Shown: positions 63,980 through 64,000 of the stretch, one piece after another
How the letters are laid out: the number at the start of each line of letters is the position of its first letter
Numbering within the stretch: position 1 is the first letter of the stretch
Assembly (NCBI GenBank): GCA_945787735.1
Contig: CALZIQ010000004.1
Span: forward strand, 2,075 to 66,074
Source of the DNA: an uncultured Chromatiaceae bacterium
GTDB taxonomy: Bacteria > Pseudomonadota > Gammaproteobacteria > Tenderiales > Tenderiaceae
Direction of reading: 5' to 3'
Length of the DNA: 64,000 nucleotides
The notes under the pieces: model-generated
The model's input: only the letters and a program-made list of their open reading frames with translations
Database searches by the model: none
Told to the model about the DNA's origin: nothing
Position numbers and translations under genes: made by a program

Positions 63980-64000
63980 TTAATTCCTCGTTAGCATGCT

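Overview
This 64-kb chromosomal window reads like a chemolithoautotrophic, sulfur-oxidiser-type gammaproteobacterium. The gene content and order resemble Thiomicrospira or Hydrogenovibrio, but the taxon is inference only.

The centre, about 9.7-29.9 kb, is a complete alpha-carboxysome CO2-concentrating super-locus. In order it contains:
- cbbL, cbbS, csoS2, csoSCA, csoS4A, csoS4B and three csoS1 copies;
- a ferritin-like gene, a pterin-dehydratase-like acRAF and a disordered McdB-like ORF;
- an SbtA-like permease with a PII-like partner;
- a LysR (CbbR-like) regulator that overlaps a tandem-BMC csoS1D;
- one antisense NUDIX gene;
- a ParA/McdA ATPase followed by a 51-aa McdB-like ORF that is below the ORF-track cutoff;
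- a tightly coupled four-gene DAB-type inorganic-carbon pump operon: a NuoL-like dabB, a truncated antiporter-like ORF, the DUF2309 dabA and a second PII-like gene.

csoS2 carries an in-frame G_GGA_AAG heptamer with a downstream stem, consistent with the known CsoS2A/B frameshift.

The flanks are signalling and housekeeping genes:
- a receiver-TPR plus kinase pair;
- two tandem GGDEF paralogs plus DUF1631;
- an ECF sigma/anti-sigma pair facing an 8-blade propeller lipoprotein;
- pilU, the pyrC'-pyrB-pyrR-ruvX-yqgE-tonB block, an ApbE cluster, gshA-gshB, rsmE and bioA;
- an S8 protease plus a PrcB-like lipoprotein;
- an archease-rtcB-DUF1853 operon;
- an HD-GYP regulator, sbcB, a macro-domain gene, two YbaN paralogs, and glcD-like/dolP/diaA.

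Several REP-like or nested palindromes and orphan terminator hairpins lie in the intergenic regions. I recognised no rRNA, tRNA, CRISPR array, transposase or integrase. All functional calls come from by-eye motif and family recognition, and no searches were run.
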